From Octopus vulgaris (lineage: Eukaryota), in assembly GCA_951406725.2 (NCBI GenBank), contig OX597822.1, positions 112,220,001-112,284,000 of the forward strand: a DNA stretch of 64,000 nucleotides, written 5' to 3'. The number at the start of each line of letters is the position of its first letter. Position 1 is the stretch's first letter. The notes below the pieces were generated by a model, which had not been told where the DNA came from, did no database searches, and saw only the letters and a list, made by a program, of their open reading frames with translations. A program made the translations under genes and the position numbers. Shown one piece after another: positions 13,378 through 25,149 of the stretch.

Positions 13378-13880
13378 ACTAGCAGAGGTACCCCGCATTG
13401 CTTGGTATAACTCTCAATGGAGCAGTCGTTCAAATGAACCAAAAGACTTCTGTCAAACATGACTATAGGAGTAACAATTTACAGGTGTTGGCCCTAAAGA
13501 GAGCCTTTGAACATTCACTATGCAATATCTCTGTGGCAGTGCTGCCATCAAAGATGAATCCGATGGTAGCAATTTAATCTTTCTGGACCTGAAAAGAGCC
13601 TTGGATCATTCATTCTTAAAAGTCTCAACTGTGGGGCTGTCAGCAAAGACAAATCCAGTGATAACAATTTATAGTTGGTGGCCCTGAAGCGGACCTTTTA
13701 AGGTTCACTTTGAATTATCTCAGTGGTAGTGCTGCCAGCAAAGATGAATCCAATGGTAACAATTAAAACTTGGTGGCCCTGAAGAGGGCCTTGGATTGTT
13801 CACTCATTAAAGTCCTAATGGCAGAGCTGTCAGCAAAGACAACTCTGATTAGAGGTGGTGGCCCTTAAGAAGTCCTTCAC
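13378..13880 (-). mobile_element. Old Helitron-like 3' end with internal 95-bp tandem repeats
   Basis: actagcagaggtaccccgcattgcttgg terminus resembles the other Helitrons. A caaa(g)a anchor recurs at 13454, 13549, 13644, 13739 and 13834. Confidence 0.55.
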
Positions 13881-14651
13881 ACCACTTTGGTGTGTTGTAT
13901 TTGCTTTGCTTGTTATTTGAGATTGTAACCTAGAAAAGCATGTAAAAGTCAGTGGCCACAAAAATGGCCTTGGCAAGATTACGTGGGAATGTCAAAAAAT
14001 GTGTAAATAAGATGTAGGGAAAAGTAGATAAAGTTAAAACCACAGAACATCGATAGCAAATTTTAAATTTTGTTTTTTATATCATTTGAAGAACAATCTG
14101 TTGGTTTTGATTCATGGATATTATTATTGACTGTCGCCAAATGTAGTTTGTACTAAGAAATGAATACATCATCATCGTTTAACATCCACTTTCCATGCTA
14201 GCATGGGTTGGACGATTTTGACTGAGGTCTGGCAAACCAGACGGCCACACCAGGCTCCAATCTTGATCTGGCAGAGTTTCTACAGATGGATGCCCTTCCT
14301 AACGCCAACCACTCCGAGAGTATAGTGGGTGCTTTTTATGTGCCAGTCAGGCGGTACTAGCAATGACCTCGCTCGAATCTTTTTACACATGCCACCGGCA
14401 CAGGTGCCAGTAAGGTGACGTTGGTAACGATCACGCTCGAATGGTGCCCTTTTACAGAACTATTTTTTTCTTTTTCTCCTCTTCTTAATTATAATAAATA
14501 AAATCTTTTCTGTTTGTTTGAGGTATGCCAATCATTTTACTAACATTAAAATTGTTTTTTAATTCTTTAATTTATAGATCTCTGTATTGTTAGCAAGAAT
14601 CTCACAATTACCCTATTGTTTTTTGTATAATGTTTTTTAGAATCCACAGTG

Positions 14652-14757
14652 ATGACCACTTATGAAACTGGCTATCAGGCTTTGGGATCCTTTCCTGAAG
14701 ATGATAACGATGATGAATCATCGCCAGCAATCCAGATCTTACCTGAAGGAGGTGGCA
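14652..14757 (+). CDS. ATG9: ATG9 coding exon 1 (start codon; exon begins 14641 after ttttttag)
   Basis: MTTYETGYQALGSFPEDDNDDESSPAIQILPEGGG resembles the ATG9A N-terminus (EYQRL...VAEGSK). Acceptor AG at 14639-40, donor gtaagt at 14758, phase 1 joins exon 2. Confidence 0.85.
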
Positions 14758-14897
14758 GTAAGTTGCTTCTTTTTTTTTTTAATCTAAGAAAGTCTATTTA
14801 GAAAGATGTTTCAAAACACTGTTGCTATGCAACTGAGACACTGAAAACCTAGAATTTTAAAGCAGTCAGTGTCTTAGTAAGGCTTAATTAAAACATT

Positions 14898-15288
14898 CGG
14901 AGGTGCAATGGCCCAGTGGTTAGGGCAGCGGACTCGCGGTCATAGGATCGCGGTTTCGATTCCCAGACCGGGTGTTGTGAGTGTTTATTGAGCGAAAACA
15001 CCTAAAGCTCCACGAGGCTCCGGCAGGGGATGGTGGTGATCCCTGCTGTACTCTTTCACCACAACTTTCTCTCACTCTTACTTCCTGTTTCTGTTGTACC
15101 TGTATTTCAAAGGGCCGGCCTTGTCACTCTCTGTGTCACGCTGAATATCCCTGAGAACTACGTTAAGGGTGCACGTGTCTGTGGAGTGCTCAGCCACTTA
15201 CACGTTAATTTCACGAGCAGGCTGTTCCGTTGATTCGGATCAACTGGAACCCTCATCGTCGTAACCGACAGAGTGCTTCCATCCATCC
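14898..15288 (+). mobile_element. tRNA-derived SINE, head A + tail X
   Basis: Pol III box A tggcccagtgg and box B ggtttcgattccc. (TCCA)n tail, TSD aattaaaacatt. Confidence 0.9.
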
Positions 15289-15409
15289 AATTAAAACATT
15301 AGGAAGATTATCTAATTAAATATTTTACAAGAATTTTCAATATAGTTTTAAAATGTTACCCTTTCTTCCTGTGATTTTTAACTGTTTAGCCTATTTAATT
15401 TCTATTCAT

Positions 15410-16108
15410 CAATTTTGGAAGACTTTTGGAAATGTGCTGTGCTTGAGAAGACTCAGCAAGCCAAATGAGACCTTAACCTTGTGGCCTATGCCAAGTGTGT
15501 AACCAGCCCACTTATGCGTACCTTTCCTTCTTTGGACACTAAACTCTGCTTGCAAAGACCTGTTGAGGCAAGCGAAATTGAAATCAAATTCGATGGCTGG
15601 CATCCATGCTAGTGGGGTGCAAAGAGTACCATATGAGCGTGATCGTTGACAGAGCGGCTAACTGGCTTCCGTGCCAGTGGCACGTAAAAGGCACCATTCG
15701 AGTGTGATCGTTACCAGTGTTGCCTTACTGGCACTTGTGCCCCGTGCTAGTGGGGTGCTAAGAGCACCATTTGAGTGTGATCATTGCCAGAGCGGCTAAC
15801 TGGCCTCTGTGCCAGTGGCACATAAAAGGCACCATTCGAGCGTGATTGTTACCAGCGTCGCCTTACTGGCACTTGTGCCGGTGACACGTGAAAAAACATT
15901 CGAGCGAGGTCATTGCCAGTACTACCTGCCAGTGGCATGTAAAAGCACCCACTACACTCCCGGAGTGGTTGGTGTTAGGAAGGGCATCCAGCTGTAGAAA
16001 CTCTGCCAGATCAAGATTGAAACCTGGTGCAGCCATCTGGTTCGCCAGTCCTCAGTCATTCGTCCAACCCATGCTAGCATTGGAAAGCGAATGTTAAACG
16101 ATGATGAT
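15410..16108 (+). mobile_element. Longest copy of the abundant RTE 3'-UTR / (GAT)n-tailed repeat
   Basis: Ends ...gttggcgttaggaagggcatccagctgtagaaac...catggaaagcggacgttaaacgatgatgat, with internal about 60-bp subrepeats. Other copies: + at about 405-797, 6319-6600, 8640-8945, 18055-18505, 32175-32470, 63170-63403; - at about 1113-1493, 3186-3545, 14167-14455, 27572-27800, 33057-33220, 35410-35687, 37760-38168, 55287-55780. Confidence 0.85.
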
Positions 16109-16479
16109 TAGTCTTGAAAGTACATCACATTAATCTAGTAATCATAGTTGTCGCTATACCATAAATTTTTAATAAAAACTCTTTTAATGAAGCCATGAAT
16201 AAAAGCAAAATTACATATTTTTATCCATCACACTGAGTATTTTTCTTGTCTAGCCAAATATATTTATAGTTCTTTTTAAAATTGCTTCGATTATGACATT
16301 GACTGTTTACGTACTTCTTTCACAAACCTTACACATACTTACACGTGTTGACACATGTCTTTTGCAATACCTTCATACCTTTAAAAATACTGAAAGGGAT
16401 ATAGATAAAGAAGGGAAGAAGTTCAAAAATTGTTATCTATTATAAATTTCTAATTATTTTCAACATATTTTTTTTTCAG

Positions 16480-16588
16480 ACTCATGGAACCATATCCAAA
16501 ATTTGGATGACTTCTTCACAAGAATTTATAACTATCATCAAAAAAATGGTTATAAATGTATGGTATTGGATAGCTTTTTACAGCTTCT
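16480..16588 (+). CDS. ATG9: ATG9 coding exon 2
   Basis: (N)SWNHIQNLDDFFTRIYNYHQKNGYKCMVLDSFLQL matches the ATG9 motif WHHIENLDLFFSRVYNLHQKNGFTCM. Splice sites tttcag / gtaaga. Confidence 0.95.
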
Positions 16589-17018
16589 GTAAGAACACTT
16601 TATGTTTCATTTTATTTTTCATATTTTAATTATATACACTGTTAAAATTTTATTGTTAAAATTTATTTGTAAAATTTTCTGCTGGTATAGCAGTATAAAA
16701 CATATATTTTCGATATTTGTGTAGTGTTTACATATATTTGTGTGGTGGGGAAAGTATAAAAAACAACTAGCTGCTGCAAAATTGGTAGTTTGTATTTCTT
16801 CACTCCAGTATTCATCCTTTGACCGTTTTCCAAGTGCACTGCAAGCTGTTGAATGGCGGGGTGTCATTGGTGAAGTGGAAAGCCAAAGATGCGCCAGAAA
16901 GCCTTGTTGCTACTTATGTACTGTCCCACCTGATAGAGTTCACAAAAAAACAAAAGACGAAGACAGGTGGTGTACAAAACAAACAGATGTATTAGTATAA
17001 CGCTCAGGAATTGAAAAA

Positions 17019-17060
17019 GTCTTTTATGTTTCGAGCCTACGCTCTTCTTCAGAAAGGGAC
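17019..17060 (-). ncRNA. Minimal hammerhead-like motif in a PLE-type terminal-repeat fragment (about 16948-17069)
   Basis: Minus strand reads cuuu-CUGAAGA-a-GAGC guag GCUC-GAAA-CAUA/aaag. It has a G-to-A change in the ACGU palindrome relative to the 31.3-kb copy. Confidence 0.6.
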
Positions 17061-17069
17061 ACAGAAAAA

Positions 17070-17610
17070 TCCACTGACATCGACAAGATAATCTCAGCAG
17101 GGCTTCCGGATCCAGCTTTAGACAAAGTACAATACGAAATAGTTAAGGCAAACATGGTCCATGTGGGCGTGGATTCAACATAAACTCACCATGCTTGAAA
17201 GGCAGTATATGTTCCAAAGGGTTTCCAAGGAGGTTCCTACAAGAAATTCAAACAAGTGCTGATGGCTATCCATCATACAGATGGAGAGAACCAGAAGATG
17301 GCAGTTTCACAGCAACTATCAGACAGCACGAGGTTGATAATAGATGGATTGTTCCCTACTGCCCACTCCTGTCAAAGACTTTCAATGCCCACATCAACGT
17401 TGAGTTTTGCAACTCTGTTAAGTCTATAAAGTGTGTTTATAAGTATGTGAACAAGGGTTCTGACACTGCAATGTTTGGACTTCAACAAGAATACTGCCAG
17501 GATGAGTTGATGCACTATCACGTGGGACAGTACATAAGTAGCAACGAGGCTTTCTGGCACATCTTTGGCTTCCCACTTCACCAACAACACCCTGCCATTC
17601 ACCAAATTGT
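17070..17610 (+). mobile_element. Helitron Rep (HUH) domain fragment
   Basis: DIDKIISA.LPD...CSKGFPR...DGYPSYR...VDNRWIVPYCPLLSKTFNAHINVEFCNSVKSIKCVYKYVNKGSD...YISSNEAFWHIFGFPLH is a typical RepHel segment. Confidence 0.92.
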
Positions 17611-19137
17611 AATTGCTGACCTGGAACAATCTGCCCATTACAAACCCATTACAGAAGATATAATGTAATTTACAAATGCACAGTCCTGGCATGTATACGC
17701 CCCCGTAACTTAGTGGTTCGGTAAAAGAGACCAATAGAATAAGTACTAGGCTTACAAAGAATAAGTCCTGGGGTCGATTTGTTCGACTAAAGGCGGTGCT
17801 CCAGCATGGCCACAGTAAGAAAACAAGAGTATGAGTGAGTGTATGCGTATATGTATGTATGTAGGTATGTATGAATGTGCGTATGCATGCAAGGTATATA
17901 TACCTGCGTATGCAGGGGCGATAATACATGCAGATGCACATATGTGGGTGTGCATGTGCATGTATACATGTGAATATGGGTTGCATGTGTAGATATTGAT
18001 ATGTATAAACATCTATATAAATATATTTGTACATGTCTAATGTATACATATGTATGGCCTATGCTAGGGGTGTAACCAGCCCACTTATGTGTGCCTTTTC
18101 TTCATTGGACACTAAACTCTGCTTGCGAAGACCAGTTGAGGCAAGTGAAATTGAAGTCGAAATCAAACTCGGTGACTGGCATCCGTTGCTAGTGGAGTGC
18201 TAAGAGTACCATACGAGTGAGATCGTTGCCAGAGCAACAAGCTGGCCTTTGTGCTGATGGCATGTTAAGCACACCATTTGAGCGTGATCATTACCGCGTC
18301 GCCTTACTAGCACTTGTGCTGGTGACACGTGAAACATTCAAGTGAGGTCGTCGCCAGTGCCGCTGGAATGGCTCCTGTGCAGGTGGCACGTAAAAAGCAC
18401 CATTTGGGTGTGGCCGTTGCCAGTACCATCAAACTGGCCCTCGTGCCAGTGACATGTAAAAGCACCCACTACACTCTCAGAGTGGTTGGCGTTAGGAAGG
18501 GCATCTCTGGTCACACTGCGCTTGGCATTGTTTTAGCTTTCAAATGATGCTACCCTGCTTGCTAGGTGAGCAGGCCAACATTCCCAACTGCTCGAAACCT
18601 TTAAAGGAATACAGTATTTGGTTTCCTCGTATGTTCTAAGTTCAAATCCTGTTTTATGCTACAATCAGTATTGAACTTGATAAAGTTGAGGTTTGTATGT
18701 TGTAAGAATTTGTTAAAATGAAGTGAGTTCTGTTGTGTCACAGTCCTTGGTATAGTTTATTGCTGCTTATTACCTACCATTTTTTTGTTGGTTGTTCTCC
18801 AAACACCATTCACATATCAGTATATATATTAATGTCTTGTTTTTGGTTTTGTGTCGGTCCTTCATGTTAAGAAACCTTAGATCTTAGTTTCTGTGATGAG
18901 GGCTGATGCTATCCACTTGGAAACTGAGGTTGTTATTAATCCACCTTAATCTTTCACTCACGGCACCCATATCAGAATTTAGAAATTTTAGGATAGGAAA
19001 AAAAATTACAAATTGAGAGATGACTTCAAAGACTAGAATTTAATTATATTAGCAATAGGAAGACAAAACTCATACACAATACATTGGACATTTGTGCACA
19101 GAGGAAGTGCACTATTCTGGATGTGAAAAAAATACCT

Positions 19138-20108
19138 ATTTCTTTACTACTCACAAGGGGCTAAACACAGAGAGGACAAACAAGGACAGACAAACGGATT
19201 AAGTTGATTACATCGACCCCAGTGCATAACTGGTACTTAATTTATCAACCCCGAAAGGATGAAAAGCAAAGTCGACCTCGGCGTAATTTGAACACAGAAC
19301 GTAACGGCAGACAAAATACCTATTTCTTTACAACCCATAAGGGGCTAAACACAGAGAGGACAAACAAGGACAGACAAACGGATTAAGTTGATTACATCGA
19401 CCCCAGTGCATAACTGGTACTTAATTTATCAACCCCCGAAAGGATGAAAAGCAAAGTCAACCTCGGCGTAATTTGAACACAGAACGTAACGGCAGACAAA
19501 ATACCTATTTCTTTACAACCCATAAGGGGCTAAACACAGAGAGGACAAACAAGGACAGACAAACGGATTAAGTTGATTACATCGACCCCAGTGCATAACT
19601 GGTACTTAATTTATCAACCCCCGAAAGGATGAAAAGCAAAGTCGACCTCGGCGTAATTTGAACACAGAACGTAACGGCAGACAAAATACCTATTTCTTTA
19701 CAACCCATAAGGGGCTAAACACAGAGAGGACAAACAAGGACAGACAAACGGATTAAGTTGATTACATCGACCCCAGTGCATAACTGGTACTTAATTTATC
19801 AACCCCGAAAGGATGAAAAGCAAAGTCGACCTCGGCGTAATTTGAACACAGAACGTAACGGCAGACAAAATACCTATTTCTTTACAACCCATAAGGGGCT
19901 AAACACAGAGAGGACAAACAAGGACAGACAAACGGATTAAGTTGATTACATCGACCCCAGTGCATAACTGGTACTTAATTTATCAACCCCCGAAAGGATG
20001 AAAAGCAAAGTCGACCTCGGCGTAATTTGAACTCAGATTGTAGCGGCAGACGAAATACCGCTAAGCATTTCGCCCAGCGTGCTAACGTTTCTGTCAGCTC
20101 ACCGTAGA
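19138..20108 (-). repeat. Tandem array (5 x about 185 bp) of a SINE with a Meta/MESC-like central domain, within one TSD
   Basis: Near-identical units, with the full head only at the right end. 17-bp TSD ATGTGAAAAAAATACCT at 19121-19137 and 20109-20125. Confidence 0.93.
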
Positions 20109-20309
20109 ATGTGAAAAAAATACCTTATACTGAAACTTGCAATGGGTCAGATGCTTTCTTAATCTTGCTTCTAAATGTGTGGATATTTAGCTTCTAAAAA
20201 TGTAAAATGGAAACCATTAAATTTTGTCTTGGGATAAACTTGTAATAAAAAGATCATGTAAAATTCATATACATTTACATCATAATTGAAATTGATTTCT
20301 TTGTTTTAG

Positions 20310-20444
20310 ATCTATCTTCATACTTGGAAGCTTGTTACTCTGTCTGCATTTTGTCAACTATCAATTATTGTTTAATTATCAACACACTGGACCAAAGTTA
20401 ACCATTCCTGATCTGATGATATCATTTCATCTTTGGTCCTCATA
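20310..20444 (+). CDS. ATG9: ATG9 coding exon 3
   Basis: SIFILGSLLLCLHFVNYQLLFNYQHTGPKLTIPDLMISFHLWSS: TM helix followed by VDY..LF and KVTLPD-like motifs. Phases 2/2 fit the neighbours. Confidence 0.85.
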
Positions 20445-21697
20445 GTAAGTTATATTTTTCAAAAGCATTGCTAGACTTTATTATTATTATTTTAATCCTC
20501 TCCAAGTCTTTGGAGATGGCCATTATAGTAGAAAGGCTGGGTTGATGATGGTATATAGTTCTTTAATTAATGTTGAAATTGACTTTGTCTTTGATTTTTC
20601 TGGGAATGAGAAGATAAAATGAACTCTAGTTAAAGTTGTGAAGCCAGTTTAGTTGCCTTTTGTGCCTCTTCACAAAATTACCCCCACTGACTCATCAAAA
20701 ACAATTATTTTAAATTAACAGAAATAAAATAGTAATTTTTCTGAATATGTTATATATTTTCTTATTTATAATCATACAGGAATTTGAGTTTACTGTTTGT
20801 AACTAAAATTGATCCATCTGTGAGAATTATTGCACAGCTTTTGTCTATAATAATGATTTCAAATTTTGATGCAAGGCCTGTAGATTTGAAGGAAGGGTGT
20901 TAATTGACACCATTGCCCCTAGCACGTGACTGGTATTTATTTTATAGACCCCAACAGGATGAAAAGCAAAGTTGATGTCAGTGAGATTTGAATGCACAGA
21001 GCTGGAACCAACAAATTCAAAGCATTCCAATGCTCCAACAATTCTGCCAGCTTACCATTTTGCTTTTCTCTTGTTTAATTACGTGATCTTTTAGATTGAT
21101 TTGATATAAAAAATGCAATCAGATGAAGTGGGTATATATCAATTAAATTTACCTACATATTCTAGGTAGACTGAGCCAGTGTGAGCTCTATCTTTTGACA
21201 GTGCTCATAAGGTCAGCCAAACAGGAAACTCTTTTGTTCATAGGAAGCTTCCTTAGTAACTAAAATACTTCCCTATAAGTTTTCCTATAAAAACTTATGT
21301 GTCACTTATAATCTTATTCATTAGATTCTATAACAATTTTTATAAGATTACATAATGAAAAGACATTTTTGATTTCAATTTTTAATTAAGTAAAACTGAG
21401 AGTTTTTTTAAAGTTTGGTATATTAATTTGAATGGTTTTTAAACTGTGTATAATAGAAAAATAAGTGAAAATATTTCACATTTTAAAATTTTAATCTTCC
21501 AACAACTAGAATGCACTAATGATTTGTAATGTTAAAAACATACTAATTTCTAACGTAATAGTAAACAATTAACACCTTTAGAAAAAGAAAAACTACATAA
21601 GGAATTATTTTAGACTTTTCGAATTTTTATAAATTTATAATTTTTGTGAACTGCTTATTGTATGAAGAAACTAATTTGATGATTTGTTTGATTTCAG

Positions 21698-21833
21698 CTT
21701 CAACTTTTGGCTGGTAGCATTGGTAATTCTCTTTGTTATAGTCTTTTTGGCTAATGTTTTCAAATTTTTATATAACATCCTCAAATCTTTGGAAACAAGG
21801 CGGTTCTTTATTGAAGCTCTCAAAATTCCTTCT
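21698..21833 (+). CDS. ATG9: ATG9 coding exon 4
   Basis: FNFWLVALVILFVIVFLANVFKFLYNILKSLETRRFFIEALKIPS resembles KFIYNICCYWEIHSFYLHALRIP. Splice sites tttcag / gtaagt. Confidence 0.92.
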
Positions 21834-22371
21834 GTAAGTATGATTAAAATATCTTGTAATATCTATAATCATATATCTATAAATATCTTTCGAAATATTT
21901 TAGATTTTTATTCACCAATCAGATTTAAAACTCTTTGAATAAAAATTGATTAGTTTTCTGTTAAAATTTGGCTTATTGCCAATGTCACAAACCCATCAAC
22001 ATTGGGACAAAGAAGTTGTAATTTAGTGTTCAGAGTTTCAAGCTCTGTAATGTTGTGTTTCTATATGACTATTTATCCATCCACAGTGTCTTGTCGACAG
22101 GTTTCACTGATTATTTGTGAAAATAAGCTGGCATGAAATAAACTTTGATGACCGTTCTTAGCTGAGGATATAATAACCTGCATATGCTTTATTTGTACTG
22201 TTATTAGTGATGTGGACAGCTTGTCTATGCTGTTTATTAATAATGTTGACAGCCTTCCTATGCTGTTAATAGTGTTGTTGAAAGCCTGAATATGCTGTTA
22301 CAAGAATTGTTGGTAGCCTGTCCAATGCTGTTGACAGTATATATATGCTGTTACTAGTACCGTTAACAGCT

Positions 22372-22377
<6 letters not shown>

Positions 22378-22409
<32 letters not shown>

Positions 22410-23310
22410 TATTGTGTACAGTGCTCAGGTGCACTACAACTCATCTAAAGTGTATGTATAGTACATAGGGTAATGTACAAGCGTCAGGAAAAGAACAGTA
22501 CATGAGTCATGACATACACATATGTGTATGAGTATGGAAGGGGGTACAATCAGGTGTAGTTTCGGCGGATTTTGGAAAGCATGAGGGCCTTAAAGGATGC
22601 AGTGACATGGCAGTCAACAACTGACGCAGGCAGTTTGTTCCATGCTTCAGCAACTCTGAGCGTGGAAAAATGTTTCCGAAAGTCATGGGAGCTGTGCTGT
22701 TTTCTGACTTTGTAGGCATGTCCACGTGTGTTGGACACATGGAGATCAAAAAGGTGTTCAGTGTTGTTGTTGGTGAGGTGGTTGATAACTTTGTGGGTGT
22801 TTACCAAGTCCATCGCCAGATGCCGGAGCTTCAGTGAATCCATGCCCAGGGAAACAAGGCGCTCAGAGTATGGTAGGTGTCTGATGGAGGGTATGCGTTT
22901 GGTTGCACGTCTCTAAACAGATTCCAGGAGGTCAATGTTCTGAGCAAGATAGGGGTTCCAAACTGATGATGCAAATTCCAAGTGTGGTCGTACAATAGCT
23001 GTATACAGCTTTAAATAGATGGCTGGAGAGCGGCTAACAAAAGTCTTGCTGAGTGATGCCAAGACACCCTCGGCCTTCTTGACAATTTTAGAGATATGCT
23101 TTGTCCAATGCAAATCACTGCTGACAGTGATGCCTAGGTCACACTCGCAAGAGGATTTCTTGATATCAGTGTTGTGGAGGGAGTATGTGGACGCAGGGTT
23201 TTCCCTCTCAAAATGCATGGTGGTACACTTGTCCACAGCCAGTTTCAGTTGCCAGTCTGTGATCCATTGCTGCATTGAGTCCAGGTCTGATTGCAGGAAA
23301 GAGTTGTAGA
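22378..23310 (-). mobile_element. CR1/L2-group LINE 3' fragment with (ATT)n tail
   Basis: WQLKLAVDKC...DLGITVSSDLHWTKHI...LYTAIVRPHLEFASSVWNPYL...NTRGHAYK...FSTLRVAEAWNKLP. A second 3' end lies at about 44615-44842(-). Confidence 0.9.
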
Positions 23311-24277
23311 CATTAGTACTGTTGACATCCTGTATATGCTGTTATTAGTGTTGTGCTGTTTCTAGCATACTAAAGGAACTTTTAATGACTCAATTCACCT
23401 GATTGTGAATATATACTTTGAGAAGAATAGTGCTGCTGTTGATTTTTATTTTCAGGTCAACATTAATTGAATAGACCCTTGTTCAAAGGCATTCCAGCCA
23501 TGTTCTGCCTTTTCTTTAGGGACATTTAGAACTACTCTAAGTGTTTCTCATTTTTTAAATGGTAGAGTGTGATTTCAGGGAGACCTGGCTGTTATTTCTA
23601 TCAGCCTGAACTGCCATGTGTTAGTTGACTAGTGCTACTAAGGACAGTACTAAGAACAAGATTGGTGAATGTTTTCTTTAGTTCTGTGACTAACTTTTAA
23701 TCTTCCTCCACATAATATTTTGTGATAGGTCGATATGCTTATCCATGGAGTAACATTCTCTAAATTATTTAATATTTTGAAATGCCTGGGATTGAACACC
23801 AGCACACCTTGTTCGTATGGTCCTTTCAGAAGCAGGCAAATAAATGAAGAAATCTGTGTTGCAAGATGTTGCTCAAATTAAGGTCTCTGAATGATTCCTG
23901 TCAAAGATTCCCGTCTTATTATACTAGTTTGTATGGAGGAATACCACAGAAAGTTTTTTCAAAATTTAACATTGTTTTCTACTATAAGCATAAGACCTAA
24001 AATGTTGGAGCGGGGATAGTTGATTGCATTGACCCCAGTGCTTGACTGGTACTTATTTTATCAGCCCCAAATGGATGAAACACAAAAACTGACCTTGGTG
24101 GAATTTGAACTCAAAATGTAAAGACAGAAGAAATGCCACTAAGCATTTTGTCCAGCATGCTAACCATCCTGCTGGCTTGCCACCTTTACAAAGTTTAATA
24201 TTATAGAGTAAAACACCAAACTTTTATAATTGTGAATGTATTTAAAAGAACTGGAAGTCTATATTTCTCCAAAAAAA

Positions 24278-24508
24278 GGCGGCGAGCTGGCAGAAACGTT
24301 AGCATGCTGGGCGAAATGCGTAGCTGTATTTCGTCTGTCGTCACGTTCCGAGTTCAAATTCCGCCGAGGTCGACTTTGCCTTTCATCCTTTCGGGGTCGA
24401 TAAATTAAGTACCAGTTACACACTGGGGTCGATATAATCGACTTAATCCGTTTGTCTGTCCTTGTTTGTCCCGTCTGTGTTTAGCCCCTTGTGGGTAGTA
24501 AAGAAATA
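24278..24508 (+). mobile_element. SINE monomer of the same family (ggcggcgagctggcagaa... head)
   Basis: Central gtcgactttgcctttcatcctttcggggtcgataaattaagtacc. TSD tatatttctccaa at 24260-24272 and 24509-24521. Confidence 0.88.
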
Positions 24509-24593
24509 TATATTTCTCCAACTGTTTTGACATTTTATTTAGAATCTATTTGGCTTTGAATAAATAATCATGATCCATAACATTGTATTGTAG

Positions 24594-24696
24594 GCTGAGC
24601 TAGGTAATTATACTTGGCATGATGTTCTTTGTCGGCTTCTAGAAGTTCAGAAAGAGCAGCAAATGTGCATCCATAAACAGGAGTTGACTGAGCTCG
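24594..24696 (+). CDS. ATG9: ATG9 coding exon 5
   Basis: AELGNYTWHDVLCRLLEVQKEQQMCIHKQELTEL resembles TWQEVQARIVQTQKEHQICIHKRELTEL. Splice sites tgtag / gtgagt. Confidence 0.96.
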
Positions 24697-24753
24697 GTGA
24701 GTATGACTCTAAAACTACACCTGTTGCATTACACCTGACTCTTACATTTATTA

Positions 24754-25149
24754 CTAGCAGTATCGCCCGGCGTTGCTCGGGTTTGTAAGGGAAATAACTA
24801 TATAAGCATTTTTAGAGAGTTATAGCCCAAAAATAGCAAAAAAATGCATTTAAAATGGAAAAAAAAATGATGGTAAATTTTTTTTTAAATCGTTGACTCA
24901 TCGTAGACATTTTTAGAGAGTTACTTCCCTTATATAATAGCGAAAAAAAAATGCATTAAAATGGGAAAAAATGATGATAAATGTTTTAAAAATTGTAGAC
25001 TCATCGTAGACGCGCTCTAATACCCAGAAGGGTATGAATCACGACTATAAGATACCCGGTTTTGGTTAAACTGCACTGCAAAATGTGGGAGTAGTTAGGA
25101 ATTTTAATCGTAGGAGACAGACACACAACTTGACTTTTATATATAAAGA
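24754..25149 (-). mobile_element. Non-autonomous Helitron
   Basis: Minus strand starts TC(tttatatata) and ends with the GC hairpin cccgagcaacgccggg followed by CTAG. Internal duplicated A-rich subrepeats. Confidence 0.75.

Noticed and set aside
14898-14975. tRNA gene
   Set aside because: A and B boxes are present but run into a SINE body with tail and TSD, and there is no proper acceptor stem. The same applies to the other SINE heads.
19204-19940. Two identical 60-aa ORFs as duplicated genes
   Set aside because: They are translations of the tandem SINE units.
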